Assembly (NCBI GenBank): GCA_963814375.1
Contig: CAWFCQ010000007.1
Span: forward strand, 224,001 to 288,000
Direction: 5' to 3'
Length of the DNA: 64,000 nt
From: an uncultured Chloroflexia bacterium
Lineage (GTDB): Bacteria; Chloroflexota; Limnocylindria; QHBO01
Shown here: in pieces, positions 24,622 through 34,400 of the stretch
How positions within the stretch are numbered: the stretch's first letter is position 1
Layout: every line of letters starts with the position of its first letter
Program-made: the position numbers and the translations under genes
The notes under the pieces: generated by a model
The model's database searches: none
What the model was told of the DNA's origin: nothing
What the model saw: only the letters and a program-made list of their open reading frames with translations

Positions 24622-26328
24622 ATGACCACGCTCGATCGACCCCCGGCCGCGATCGGTTCCGACCGTCCCTGGATCGCCCACTACGAGGCCGGTGTGCCGG
24701 CCGAGGTCGAGCTGCCCGACGTGCCGGTCGACCAGCTCCTGCGCCGCACGGCCCAGCGACAGCCGGACCGGACGGCATTGATCTTCTTCGGGCGCAGGAC
24801 CTCGTTCGCCGAGCTCGACCGGGCCGCCGATCGGTTCGCCAACGTGCTCGCCGGGGAGGGCGTCGGCAAGGGCGACCGCGTCAGCCTGCATCTTCCGACC
24901 AGCCCCGCCTTCGTTATCGCCTTCATGGGCGCGATGCGGGCCGGCGCCATCGCCGTGCCGATGAACCCGCTCTACGTCGAGCGCGAGCTGGGCGTGCTGT
25001 TCGAGCAGGTGAAGCCCAAGGTGTCGGTCACCATCGACCTCCTCCTCCCGCGCCTCGACAAGGTCCGAGCAGCCGACGGCGGACAGCCGGGCCGCTACAT
25101 CACGACCGGCATCCAGGACTCGCTGCCGGTGCCCATCAAGTGGCTCTATCCGATCAAGGCACGGCGCGAGGGCCGCTGGAATCCGGCCAAGCACACCGAC
25201 GCCACGCCGAACCTCTTCCGCCTCCTTGCCGATGCGCCCGGCGCGCGCTTCGAGTCGCTGGCTGCACCCGACGACATCGCGGTGCTCCAGCCGACCGGAG
25301 GCACGACCGGCATCCCGAAATGCGCGATGCTCACCCATCGCAATCTCGTCGCCAACGCGCACCAGGTTGCCGCCTGGTTCCCGAGCATGGCCGATACGGA
25401 CGAGCCGGCGTCGATCCTCTGCCCGCTGCCCCTCTTCCACATCTACGGGCTGACCGTCGACATGAACTACGCCATGCTCGTCGGAGGCACGCTGATCCTC
25501 ATTCCCCGCTTCGATCCCGAGATGGTCCTCAAGGCCACGAAGCACCGGCCGCGGCTCTTCCCCGGCGCGCCGATCATGTACCAGACGCTGGCCCACCACC
25601 CCGAGGTCGGCAAGTTCGACCTCTCCAGCATCGAGGCCTGCATCAGCGGCGCGGCACCCCTGCCGCCGGAGGTGCAGCGCGACTTCGAGGAGGTCACCGG
25701 CGGCCGCGTGGTCGAGGGCTACGGCCTGACCGAGGCCTCGCCGGTCACGCACTGCAACCCGGTGCACGGCGAGCGGCGCAACGGCACGATCGGGCTGCCC
25801 TTCCCCTCGACCGATGCGCGAGTCGTCGACCCGGATACTGGCGCGGCCCTCCCCGTCGGCGAGGTCGGCGAGCTTGCCATCAAGGGGCCGCAGGTGATGG
25901 CCGGGTACTGGGAGCGCCCCGAGGAGACCGCCGTGGCGCTGCGCGACGGATGGCTCCACACCGGCGACATGGCCCAGATGAGCGATGACGGCTTCTTCAC
26001 GATCGTCGACCGCGCCAAGGACCTCGTCATCGTCGGCGGCATCAACGTTTACCCGCGCGAGGTCGAGGAGGTGCTGCTCACCCATCCGGCCGTCGCCGAT
26101 GCCGCGGTCATCGGCGTCCCCGATGAGCGGCGCGGCGAGGTCCCGTACGCGTTCGTCGTGCTGGAGGCGGACGCATCGGCCAGCGAGGAGGAGCTGCTGG
26201 ACCACTGTCGCGAGAACCTGGCCCGGTTCAAGGTGCCGTGCAACGTCGAGTTCCGTGACGAGCTGCCGAAGACGATGATCGGCAAGGTCCTGCGCAAGGA
26301 CCTGCGCGCCGAGCTGGAGTCGCGCTAG
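24622..26328 (+). CDS. fadD: Long-chain-fatty-acid--CoA ligase
   Basis: TGGTTGIPK, EGYGLTEASP, WLHTGD, DRAKD, LPKTMIGK. Confidence 0.92.
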   Translation: MTTLDRPPAAIGSDRPWIAHYEAGVPAEVELPDVPVDQLLRRTAQRQPDRTALIFFGRRTSFAELDRAADRFANVLAGEGVGKGDRVSLHLPTSPAFVIAFMGAMRAGAIAVPMNPLYVERELGVLFEQVKPKVSVTIDLLLPRLDKVRAADGGQPGRYITTGIQDSLPVPIKWLYPIKARREGRWNPAKHTDATPNLFRLLADAPGARFESLAAPDDIAVLQPTGGTTGIPKCAMLTHRNLVANAHQVAAWFPSMADTDEPASILCPLPLFHIYGLTVDMNYAMLVGGTLILIPRFDPEMVLKATKHRPRLFPGAPIMYQTLAHHPEVGKFDLSSIEACISGAAPLPPEVQRDFEEVTGGRVVEGYGLTEASPVTHCNPVHGERRNGTIGLPFPSTDARVVDPDTGAALPVGEVGELAIKGPQVMAGYWERPEETAVALRDGWLHTGDMAQMSDDGFFTIVDRAKDLVIVGGINVYPREVEEVLLTHPAVADAAVIGVPDERRGEVPYAFVVLEADASASEEELLDHCRENLARFKVPCNVEFRDELPKTMIGKVLRKDLRAELESR

Positions 26329-26846
26329 CCGTCCTCGGCGACGCGAGCCCGAGCGATCCAGCGATCGGCGGCCCACGTGGCGAGCGCCCATACCTGGCTC
26401 ACCACGAGGGCCGAGGCTGCCATGAACGCGACCGCCGGCAGCGCGCGGAAGCCGATCATCGCGCCGGCCATGACGAGCGTCGAGGCGAAGATCAGGAACA
26501 GGATCGCGCCGAGCATGACGAGCGCGATCTTCGCGGCCGTCAGCATGAACCATGCGAGCGAGTGGTTCTGGGCACGTCCCGCGAGCCACAGGACGCACGG
26601 CCCGGAGGCCCCCGCCAGCGACGTGTAGATCCCGAAGCCCCCGAACAGAGCGCCGGCCCCGAGGCGCTCGCCGGTGGCGAACCAGATGAAGAGCCACGCC
26701 GCCAACAGCGTCGAGAGCGCACCGACCCCGATCAGCCAGATGAGCAGCAGCGTGGCCGTGCCGCCGGAGAGGCGCTCGACGAGCTCGCCGTCCTCGGTCT
26801 CGACCAGCTCGGTCGGGCCGTCCTCGCGAGGATGCTCGTCAGTCAC
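26325..26846 (-). CDS. Hypothetical membrane protein (about 4 TM)
   Basis: Several hydrophobic segments; GTG start overlapping the upstream gene stop. Confidence 0.65.
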   Translation of the reverse strand: MTDEHPREDGPTELVETEDGELVERLSGGTATLLLIWLIGVGALSTLLAAWLFIWFATGERLGAGALFGGFGIYTSLAGASGPCVLWLAGRAQNHSLAWFMLTAAKIALVMLGAILFLIFASTLVMAGAMIGFRALPAVAFMAASALVVSQVWALATWAADRWIARARVAEDG

Positions 26847-27996
26847 CGCTGATTGACGCGAAGGCCGATGCGAGATCCGCCTGGAGATCGTCGACCGACT
26901 CGATCCCGACCGAGAGTCGCACCAGCGACGGCGATACCGCCAGGGGCGAGTCTGCGACCGAGGCATGCGTCATCGGCGCCGGCAACTCGATCAGCGACTC
27001 GACCGCGCCGAGCGATTCGGCCAGCGTGAAGAGGCGCGTGGCACCCACGAAACGGCGCGCTGCCGCTTCGTCGCCGCGCAGCTCGACGCTCAGCATGGCG
27101 CCGGGAAGCCGCATCTGGCGCGCGACGAGATCCGCGGCCGGATGGTCGGGCAGCCCGGGATAGTTGACGGTCGCCACCTCGGGACGCTCGCACAGCCACA
27201 GGGCCAGGATCAGCGCATTCGCCGATGCGCGCTCCATGCGCAGCGCCAGCGTGCGCAGGCCGCGCAGCACCAGGAAGCAGTCGAACGGGCTCGGCACGGC
27301 ACCGGCCGCGTTCTGGTGGAAGCGCAGGCGCTCGGCGAGTGCGTCGGAGCGCGTGGCGATCAGCCCACCGATGACGTCGGAATGGCCGCCGAGATACTTC
27401 GTCGCCGAGTGCAGGACGAGATCGGCGCCAAGCTCCAGCGGCCGCTGGAGGTAGGGCGTCGCGAACGTGTTGTCGACAACCGTCGTCGCGCCGGCCGTGG
27501 CCGCCAGGCGGGCCACCGCGCTGATGTCGATGACCTTCATCAATGGGTTGGACGGCGTCTCGATCCAGACCACCTTCGGCGGGCGATCGCCGCCGAAGGC
27601 GGTTGCCACTGCGTCGAGGTCGCGCAGGTCGATCGCATCGGTCTCGATCCCGTAGCGGCGCCAGACCTTGTCCGCCAGGCGCCACGTGCCGCCGTAGACG
27701 TCGTCGCTCATGAGGAGGCGGTCACCCGGCTCGAGCAGGAAGCCGATGCCCTGGGTGGCCGCCAGGCCGGACGCGAAGGCGACGCCGTGGGTCGCATTCT
27801 CGAGCGTCGCGATCGCCTCCTCGAGGGCGGCGCGTGTCGGATTGCCGCTGCGCCCGTACTCGAAGCCGCCGCGCAGGCCACCCACGCCATCCTGCTTGAA
27901 GGTGGTGCTCATCTGGATGGCCGGGACCACGGCGCCGGTGTGCGGGTCCGGCTCGCCCCCGGCGTGGACGGCGAGCGTCTCGAATCGGTCGGTCAT
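26839..27996 (-). CDS. Cystathionine gamma-synthase/lyase (PLP-dependent)
   Basis: YGRSGNPT, FASGLAA, WIETPSNP, VDNTFATP, HSATKYLGGHSD, LAESLG, RLSVGIE. Confidence 0.93.
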   Translation of the reverse strand: MTDRFETLAVHAGGEPDPHTGAVVPAIQMSTTFKQDGVGGLRGGFEYGRSGNPTRAALEEAIATLENATHGVAFASGLAATQGIGFLLEPGDRLLMSDDVYGGTWRLADKVWRRYGIETDAIDLRDLDAVATAFGGDRPPKVVWIETPSNPLMKVIDISAVARLAATAGATTVVDNTFATPYLQRPLELGADLVLHSATKYLGGHSDVIGGLIATRSDALAERLRFHQNAAGAVPSPFDCFLVLRGLRTLALRMERASANALILALWLCERPEVATVNYPGLPDHPAADLVARQMRLPGAMLSVELRGDEAAARRFVGATRLFTLAESLGAVESLIELPAPMTHASVADSPLAVSPSLVRLSVGIESVDDLQADLASAFASISGD

Positions 27997-28056
27997 GGGC
28001 GCCCATTCTTGCACGGTCGCGCCGGACGGCTTGCTGGCCGTGGCATGATCGCGGCC

Positions 28057-28707
28057 ATGACCGCACGCGCCGAGCCTCGCTTCGCCAGCGGCCTGCTGAT
28101 GCTGGCCGATATCAGCGGCTACACGTCCTTTCTGCAGGGCGTGACGGAGGCACACCCCGAGCTGACGAGCGGCGTGGAGCCGGTGCCACCGGCGTACGAC
28201 TTCATGGTCACCCTGCTCGACCTCGTCGCGGACGAGATGCAGCCAATGTTCACGCCGGTGCAGACCGAGGGTGACGCCCTCTTCGCGGTGGCCGATGCCG
28301 ACGCAGTGACGAACCGCGGCAGCGAGGTGCTCGGCACGATCGGAGCGACCTACACCTCATATCACGCCCGCATCGAGGAGCAGCAGCGAATGCAGGGCCA
28401 CGATTGCACCGCCTGCGTGCTTCTCACGTCGCTGGAGCTGAAGTTCATCGTCCACGCCGGCACCTATGTCGTTCAGCCACTGGCGACGCGGACGCACCTG
28501 GCCGGCCCAGCCGTCATCCTCGCGCACCGGCTGCTCAAGAACCGGGTGACCGATGAGACGGGGTTGCGGGGCTACGTCCTGATCACCGACGCCGCCCGGG
28601 AGCTGCTCGGCATGGATGCCGCGGCGGGCGCCAGTCACATCGAGGCGTATGACGACTCCGGCTCCGTGAGCGGCATCGTGCTCGGCCTCCCGACGCCGGT
28701 GAGCTGA
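28057..28707 (+). CDS. DUF2652-like protein (class III nucleotide-cyclase-like fold)
   Basis: ADISGYTSF, EGDALF, CTAC, LKFIVHAG, AHRLLKN. Confidence 0.75.
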   Translation: MTARAEPRFASGLLMLADISGYTSFLQGVTEAHPELTSGVEPVPPAYDFMVTLLDLVADEMQPMFTPVQTEGDALFAVADADAVTNRGSEVLGTIGATYTSYHARIEEQQRMQGHDCTACVLLTSLELKFIVHAGTYVVQPLATRTHLAGPAVILAHRLLKNRVTDETGLRGYVLITDAARELLGMDAAAGASHIEAYDDSGSVSGIVLGLPTPVS

Positions 28708-28711
28708 GAGC

Positions 28712-29143
28712 TCAGCCGGCCGGCGCCTCGGGCACGACCGGTTCCTGCTCGGATGCCTGGGGCTGGTCGTCTGTCTGGAAGCGGCGCCACGCATCAATGG
28801 CCAGCCAGATCGCGATGAGCAGCACGATGAACCCGTTCACCGGGTGCAGCGCGGCGATCGCCGGAACCGAGTCGCGCTGGAAGACCAGCACCGACTGCAG
28901 GATGAACTGGCCGAACATGACCGCCGCCGCGATCACCTCCCAGCGGCCGAAGCCGCCGACGATGCCGGTGACGATCAGCACGAACGGCAGCAAGGTCAGC
29001 AGGTAACCGAAGTCGCGGTGCGTGGTGAAGCTGGACGGGGTGTCGAAGACGCCCATGCCCGCCAGGAAGACCTGGACGAACAGGCCGAAGACGAGGAGCC
29101 AGGCGACGACGAGGTGGATCGGGCGCGCGATGCGTCTGGCCAT
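28712..29143 (-). CDS. Small 4-TM membrane protein (DUF6220-like)
   Basis: QVFLAG, HRDFG, AALHPVNG. Confidence 0.7.
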   Translation of the reverse strand: MARRIARPIHLVVAWLLVFGLFVQVFLAGMGVFDTPSSFTTHRDFGYLLTLLPFVLIVTGIVGGFGRWEVIAAAVMFGQFILQSVLVFQRDSVPAIAALHPVNGFIVLLIAIWLAIDAWRRFQTDDQPQASEQEPVVPEAPAG

Positions 29144-29171
29144 CGGGGTCCCTCCGTGATTGTGCGGCGGA

Positions 29172-29187
29172 GTATATACGTATATAC
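29172..29187. promoter_or_regulatory. Perfect 16-bp palindromic operator-like site
   Basis: GTATATACGTATATAC, about 30 bp upstream of the membrane gene. Confidence 0.6.
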
Positions 29188-29203
29188 GTTCGCGCCGTGA
29201 CTG

Positions 29204-30748
29204 CTATCGGGTCCGCGGGAACCCCAGGTCCACTGACGAGGTCCCGGGGTCGGGCCAGCGCGCGGTAACGACCTTGCCACGGGTATAGAACTGGATGCCT
29301 TCCGGCCCGTACATGTGCAGATCGCCGAAGAGCGACGCCTTCCAGCCGCCGAAGCTGTAGTAGGCCACCGGCACCGGGATCGGCACGTTGATGCCGACCA
29401 TGCCGACGTTGACGTCGAACTGGTATTGGCGCGCCGCACCACCATCGCGGGTGAAGATCGCGGTGCCGTTGCCGTACTGGTTGTCGTTGACGATCTTCAG
29501 CGCCTCGGGATAGTCGTGTGTGCGGACGACCTCGAGCACCGGGCCGAAGATCTCGTTCTGGTAGCACTCCATGTCGGGCGTGACGTGGTCGAGGAGGCTG
29601 ACGCCAAGGAAGAAGCCGTCGCTCTCGCCGTACAGGACGTGCTGGCGCCCATCGGCGCGGACGGTGGCGCCGTGGCTGGCGGCATGCTCGACGTAGGAGG
29701 CGACCTTGTCGCGGTGCTCCTTCGTGATGAGCGGACCCATCTCGGAGCCCTCTTCGTTGCCCGGGCCGATCTTGATCTTCGGCAGCCGCTCCTCGATGGC
29801 GCTGACCAGCGGATCGGCCACGTCGCCCACCGCGACGACCACCGAGATCGCCATGCAGCGCTCGCCGGCGGAGCCGTACGCGGCGGAGACGGCGGCATCG
29901 GCGGCCATGTCGATGTCGGCGTCCGGCAGCACGATCATGTGGTTCTTCGCGCCGCCCAGCGCCTGGACGCGCTTGCCGTGCGCGGTTCCCGTCTCGTAGA
30001 TGTACTTCGCGATCGGGGTCGAGCCGACGAAGCTGACGGCGGCGATGTCGGGGTGCTCGAGGATGCGGTCGACCGCGACCTTGTCGCCGTGGACGACGTT
30101 GAAGACGCCGTCCGGCAGCCCCGCCTCCTTGAGCAGCTCGGCGAGATAGACCGATGCGGACGGGTCCTTCTCGGAGGGCTTCAGGATGAACGTGTTCCCG
30201 CAGGCGATGGCGTTGGCGAACATCCACATCGGCACCATGGCCGGGAAGTTGAATGGCGTGATGCCTGCCGCCACGCCGAGCGGCTGGCGGATCTGGTACA
30301 CGTCGATGCCGCTCGAGACCTGCTCGCTGAAGCCACCCTTGAGCAGGTGCGGGATGCCGGTCGCGAACTCGAGGTTCTCGAGGCCGCGGGCGACCTCGCC
30401 CAGCGCATCGGTTCTGACCTTTCCGTGCTCCCGGGTCAGGTGCGCCGCGATCTCCTCGCGATGCTGCTCGACCAGGTTCCGGATGCGGAAGAGGATCTCG
30501 GTGCGCTTGCTGATGCTGGTGGCGCGCCATCCCGTGAACGCCTCATGGGCGACCTTGACGGCAGCGTCGACCTCCTCGGCCGATGCGAAGTCGACCTGTC
30601 GCGCGACCTGGCCGGTGGCCGGGTTGTAGACCGGTCCGCTGCGGCCACTCGAGCCCGCGACCCGCTGCCCGTTGATCCAGTGGTTGACCCGCTCCAGCCC
30701 GGCCTCGTCGCCCCGCTCGGCGGCCGGCGGCTCCGCGACGTGCGTCAT
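29204..30748 (-). CDS. mmsA: CoA-acylating (methyl)malonate-semialdehyde dehydrogenase
   Basis: GITPFNFPAM, LKPSEKDP, FVGSTP, GGAKNH, GERCMA, EIFGPV, GINVPIPVP. Confidence 0.93.
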   Translation of the reverse strand: MTHVAEPPAAERGDEAGLERVNHWINGQRVAGSSGRSGPVYNPATGQVARQVDFASAEEVDAAVKVAHEAFTGWRATSISKRTEILFRIRNLVEQHREEIAAHLTREHGKVRTDALGEVARGLENLEFATGIPHLLKGGFSEQVSSGIDVYQIRQPLGVAAGITPFNFPAMVPMWMFANAIACGNTFILKPSEKDPSASVYLAELLKEAGLPDGVFNVVHGDKVAVDRILEHPDIAAVSFVGSTPIAKYIYETGTAHGKRVQALGGAKNHMIVLPDADIDMAADAAVSAAYGSAGERCMAISVVVAVGDVADPLVSAIEERLPKIKIGPGNEEGSEMGPLITKEHRDKVASYVEHAASHGATVRADGRQHVLYGESDGFFLGVSLLDHVTPDMECYQNEIFGPVLEVVRTHDYPEALKIVNDNQYGNGTAIFTRDGGAARQYQFDVNVGMVGINVPIPVPVAYYSFGGWKASLFGDLHMYGPEGIQFYTRGKVVTARWPDPGTSSVDLGFPRTR

Positions 30749-31038
30749 GTGCTCCTCGATTGCGTGCGTCGGTGTCAGCTCTTCAGCGCCCAACGATACT
30801 CCCCATGCCCACGAGCGCGTCAGCGTACCGCGGTTGGGTGGACACGCCAGCACGGCCGCGCGAGCTCTTCGCGACGATCCGATCGGAGACGCTGACGCGG
30901 CGCTATGGATGGAGGCGGCCGACGGGTCAGCCGGCGGTCGCGCACGCCGGCGGACGCGACTCAGACGGGACCGAGGCGCTACGCACCGCGATCGCTGGGT
31001 GTCCGGCGGACGCAGCGACGCCGGCAGCGATCGGAGGC

Positions 31039-32079
31039 TCAGCCGGCCGACGTCCGCGGGATCCGGTCACCGCGCAGCACGACGTCGGCGCGGGTCGACC
31101 GCCAGTCGTAGTCGGCGGCGCCCTCGTCGGCGCCGAGAAGGCCCTGGGATCGCAGCCATTCGTCGCTGTACAGCTTGCCGACGTAGTTCCGGCCCGAGTC
31201 CGGCATGAGGACCACCATGAGCGACTCGGGATCGTCGAGGTCCCGCGCGAGCTGGAGCGCCGCCCACAGCGCCGTCCCGCACGACTCCCCCATCAGGATG
31301 CCCTCGCGCGCGGTGGCGACCCGCGCGGTGAGCATCGAGTCGCGATCGGAGACGCGGATGACGACGTCGCAGATGCCGGCGTCGTAGGTGACCGGCCAGA
31401 AGTCCTCGCCGATGCCCTCGGTCAGGTACGGCTTCGGCGAGTCACCGGAGTAGACCGATCCGGCCGGATCGGCGCCGACGACCTGGACCGCCGGGTTGCG
31501 CTCCTTGAGGTATCGGCCGGTGCCGGAGACGGTCCCACCCGTTCCGAGCGCCACGACGAAGTGCGTGACGCGACCGCCGGTCGCCTCCCAGATCTCCGGC
31601 CCGGTGGTGAGGTAATGGGCCTCGGGATTGGCCGGGTTCGAATACTGATCGGGCTTCCACGCGCCGGGCGTCTCCCGCGCGATGCGGTCCGAGACGCGGT
31701 AGTAGGAGCGCTCGTCGTCGGGCGCGACGTCGGTGGGGCAGACCACCACCTCGGCGCCGTAGGCGCGCAGCAGGGCGCGCTTCTCCTCCGACTGCTTGTC
31801 GGCCATGACGAAGATGCACCGATAGCCCTTCACGGCGGCCGCCTGAGCCAGCCCGACGCCGGTGTTGCCCGAGGTCGGCTCGACGATGACGCCGCCCGGC
31901 TTCAAGAGGCCCGCCCGCTCCGCCGCCTCGATCATCGGCAGCGCGATCCGGTCCTTCACCGATCCGCCGGGGTTGAGGTGCTCCAGCTTGGCGACGATGC
32001 GCGGTCGGACGTCAGCGGCCAGTCGGTCGAGTGCGACGAGCGGAGTGCGGCCCACCGCGGCGGTCACATCGGGCAGCAT
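31039..32079 (-). CDS. Cystathionine beta-synthase / cysteine synthase family
   Basis: KLEHLNPGGSVKDR, EPTSGNTG, DQYSNPAN, GTGGT, EGIGEDF, DSGRNY. Confidence 0.9.
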   Translation of the reverse strand: MLPDVTAAVGRTPLVALDRLAADVRPRIVAKLEHLNPGGSVKDRIALPMIEAAERAGLLKPGGVIVEPTSGNTGVGLAQAAAVKGYRCIFVMADKQSEEKRALLRAYGAEVVVCPTDVAPDDERSYYRVSDRIARETPGAWKPDQYSNPANPEAHYLTTGPEIWEATGGRVTHFVVALGTGGTVSGTGRYLKERNPAVQVVGADPAGSVYSGDSPKPYLTEGIGEDFWPVTYDAGICDVVIRVSDRDSMLTARVATAREGILMGESCGTALWAALQLARDLDDPESLMVVLMPDSGRNYVGKLYSDEWLRSQGLLGADEGAADYDWRSTRADVVLRGDRIPRTSAG

Positions 32080-32089
32080 GCCCGGCCGG

Positions 32090-32989
32090 TCAGCCAGCGG
32101 AGGGCTCCGCCTGCGGCTGTGGCGCGGGCGCATCGGTCTCGCGCTCCTCGACGGGCCGAATCAGCGGTGAGCCCCATCCTCGGCGATGGCGAATGATGAG
32201 CCAGGCGGCGGCCACGACGAAGGCCAGGATGCCGACCCACATCGCGGTCGGGATGCCAAGGATCGTCCAGTTGTTGACGCGGTAGGTCTCGAGCAGCGTG
32301 CGCACGCCGCCGTACCACATGAGATACATGAGGACGATGTCCCCGGCGAAGAGACGCGGACCGAAGCGCTTGATGATGAACAGAAGCAGCAGCATGCCGA
32401 TGAAGTTGAGGACCATCTCGTAGGCGAAGAGCGGCACGAACTGCGTCGTCTCGACCGGGAACGTCACCGCGTCCCACGGAGTGCCCGTCCGGTTCTCGGC
32501 CGCGATCGTGATGCCCCACGGCAGGCACGGCGGGAAGCCGTCACCGCACTGCGAGATGGGCGGACCGTACAGCTCCTGGTTCACGTAGTTGCCAAGCCTG
32601 CCGATGACCTGGCCGAGCAACAGCGCCGGCGCGAAGATGTCCATCCAGCGCGCGGTGTTGAGGCCCTTGCTACGCGTGTAGATGAAGATCCCCAGGGCGC
32701 CACCCGCCACGCCTCCGGGGATGCCGAGGCCGCCGTTCCAGATCTGCGGGATCAGGACCGGGTTCGCGACGTAGTACTCCGACATGTGGATGACGTGGTA
32801 GAGCCGCGCTCCGATGATCGCGAAGACGATGACGAGCAGCAGCATCGACCAGCCATCGTCGGGATCCTCGTTCAGCCAGCGCGCGACGCGGGTGCCGAGC
32901 ATGCCGGCCACCAGGACGGCGGCGGCGATGATGATCCCGTACCAATGCAGCTGGACGGGACCGATCTCGAGTGCAACTGGGTCGATCAC
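32090..32989 (-). CDS. lgt: Prolipoprotein diacylglyceryl transferase
   Basis: HWYG, GARLYHV, IWNGGL, IGRLGNYVNQELYG, LFAYE. Confidence 0.93.
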   Translation of the reverse strand: MIDPVALEIGPVQLHWYGIIIAAAVLVAGMLGTRVARWLNEDPDDGWSMLLLVIVFAIIGARLYHVIHMSEYYVANPVLIPQIWNGGLGIPGGVAGGALGIFIYTRSKGLNTARWMDIFAPALLLGQVIGRLGNYVNQELYGPPISQCGDGFPPCLPWGITIAAENRTGTPWDAVTFPVETTQFVPLFAYEMVLNFIGMLLLLFIIKRFGPRLFAGDIVLMYLMWYGGVRTLLETYRVNNWTILGIPTAMWVGILAFVVAAAWLIIRHRRGWGSPLIRPVEERETDAPAPQPQAEPSAG

Positions 32990-32998
32990 CCGGCGATT

Positions 32999-34279
32999 CT
33001 AGCCGCGATCGGCCGATTGCTCCGGAGGGACCGCAGAGCCGGGTTGGTCCGCATGGGGGAATCGGTCGAGCGTCCAGAGCGACGGGAAGAGGCGGGTCCA
33101 GGTCGCCGCCACCACCAGCGTCGCCGCGCCGCCGATGACGACAGATCGCACCACCCCGAACCAGGCCGCGGTGACGCCGGACTCGAACTCGCCGAGCTCG
33201 TTTGATGCGCCGATGAAGACCGAGTTGACGGCACTGACGCGACCTCGGATCGCATCGGGCGTCTCGAGCTGGACGAGGAGGTGCCGGATGTAGACGCTGA
33301 TCATGTCGGCGGCGCCCATGACCACGAGCGCGATGAGGCTCAGCACCACGCTGGTGGAGACCCCGAATACGATCGTCGCGACGCCGAAGGTCGCGACGCC
33401 GCCGAACATCCACCGTCCGACGTGGCGGTGGATCGGGCGAATCGCGACCACGGCGGCCAGGACGGCGGCGCCGACGGCCGGTGCGGCACGCATCACCCCG
33501 AGCCCGACCGGCCCAACCCCCAGGATGTCGCCGGCGTAGATCGGGAGCAGCGCCTCCGCGCCACCGAAGAGGACGGCGAACAGGTCGAGGGAGATCGATC
33601 CCAGCACCACCGGCCGCGATCGGACGAAGGTGACACCCGAGAGCAGCGTCTCCCACGAGATCGGCTCGCGACCGGACTCATCGCGTCCCCCACCGCGCAG
33701 GCCGGCCAGGAGCACCACCGCGACGACGAGCAGCGCCAGCGCCAGGGCGTAGGCGACCTGGACGCCGAGCACGACCAGCGCGCCGCCGAGCGCGGGCCCC
33801 GCGATGGTGGCCACCTGTCCCAGCGACGAGTTGACGGCCACCGCGCGCGGAAAGAGCTCGATCGGCGCGAGATTCGGCAGCAGAGCCTGTCCGGTGGGCT
33901 GGTTGAAGGCTCGAGCGATCCCGAACAACACCATCACGCCGAAGACCGGCGCGGTGTCGGTGATGCCGGCGAGGGAGATCCCGAGCAGCGCCGCCGAGCA
34001 GCCGGTGAGCAGGAGGTAGGTCGCCAGCTGGACCCGACGCCGGTCATACGTGTCGGCGACGTGGCCGGCGGGCAGGATCAGCAGGATGAAGGGCAGGAAC
34101 TGCGAGAGCGCCAACAGCCCGAGGTCGAACGGGTCGCCGGTCGCGACGAAGATCTGCCAGCCCACCGCGACCGTCTGGACCTGCGTGGCGACCGCGGCGA
34201 TGAACCGCGCCGACAGGTAGCGGCGCAGATCGGGATGGCGGAAAACCGCACCGCGGTCGCCGCCTTCGGCAGATGACAT
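32999..34279 (-). CDS. MFS transporter (DHA3/EntS-like)
   Basis: About 12 TM; GHVADTYDRRR, LDLFAVLFGG, RGRVSAVNSVFIGASNELG. Confidence 0.88.
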   Translation of the reverse strand: MSSAEGGDRGAVFRHPDLRRYLSARFIAAVATQVQTVAVGWQIFVATGDPFDLGLLALSQFLPFILLILPAGHVADTYDRRRVQLATYLLLTGCSAALLGISLAGITDTAPVFGVMVLFGIARAFNQPTGQALLPNLAPIELFPRAVAVNSSLGQVATIAGPALGGALVVLGVQVAYALALALLVVAVVLLAGLRGGGRDESGREPISWETLLSGVTFVRSRPVVLGSISLDLFAVLFGGAEALLPIYAGDILGVGPVGLGVMRAAPAVGAAVLAAVVAIRPIHRHVGRWMFGGVATFGVATIVFGVSTSVVLSLIALVVMGAADMISVYIRHLLVQLETPDAIRGRVSAVNSVFIGASNELGEFESGVTAAWFGVVRSVVIGGAATLVVAATWTRLFPSLWTLDRFPHADQPGSAVPPEQSADRG

Positions 34280-34400
34280 CGAGCGCGGAGCGTAGCGGAG
34301 GATCCCTCGCCGCATTCTGCCCGCAGTCCCGCGGCGGATACTGGCGGTGGCACGCTCCAATCGCGCTACATTTCCGCAGCAGACGTGACGGAAGGGACCG

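Noticed and set aside
30760-31035. Possible riboswitch or ncRNA between the CBS gene and mmsA
   Set aside because: No recognisable SAM, T-box or other conserved motif by eye; would need an Rfam search.
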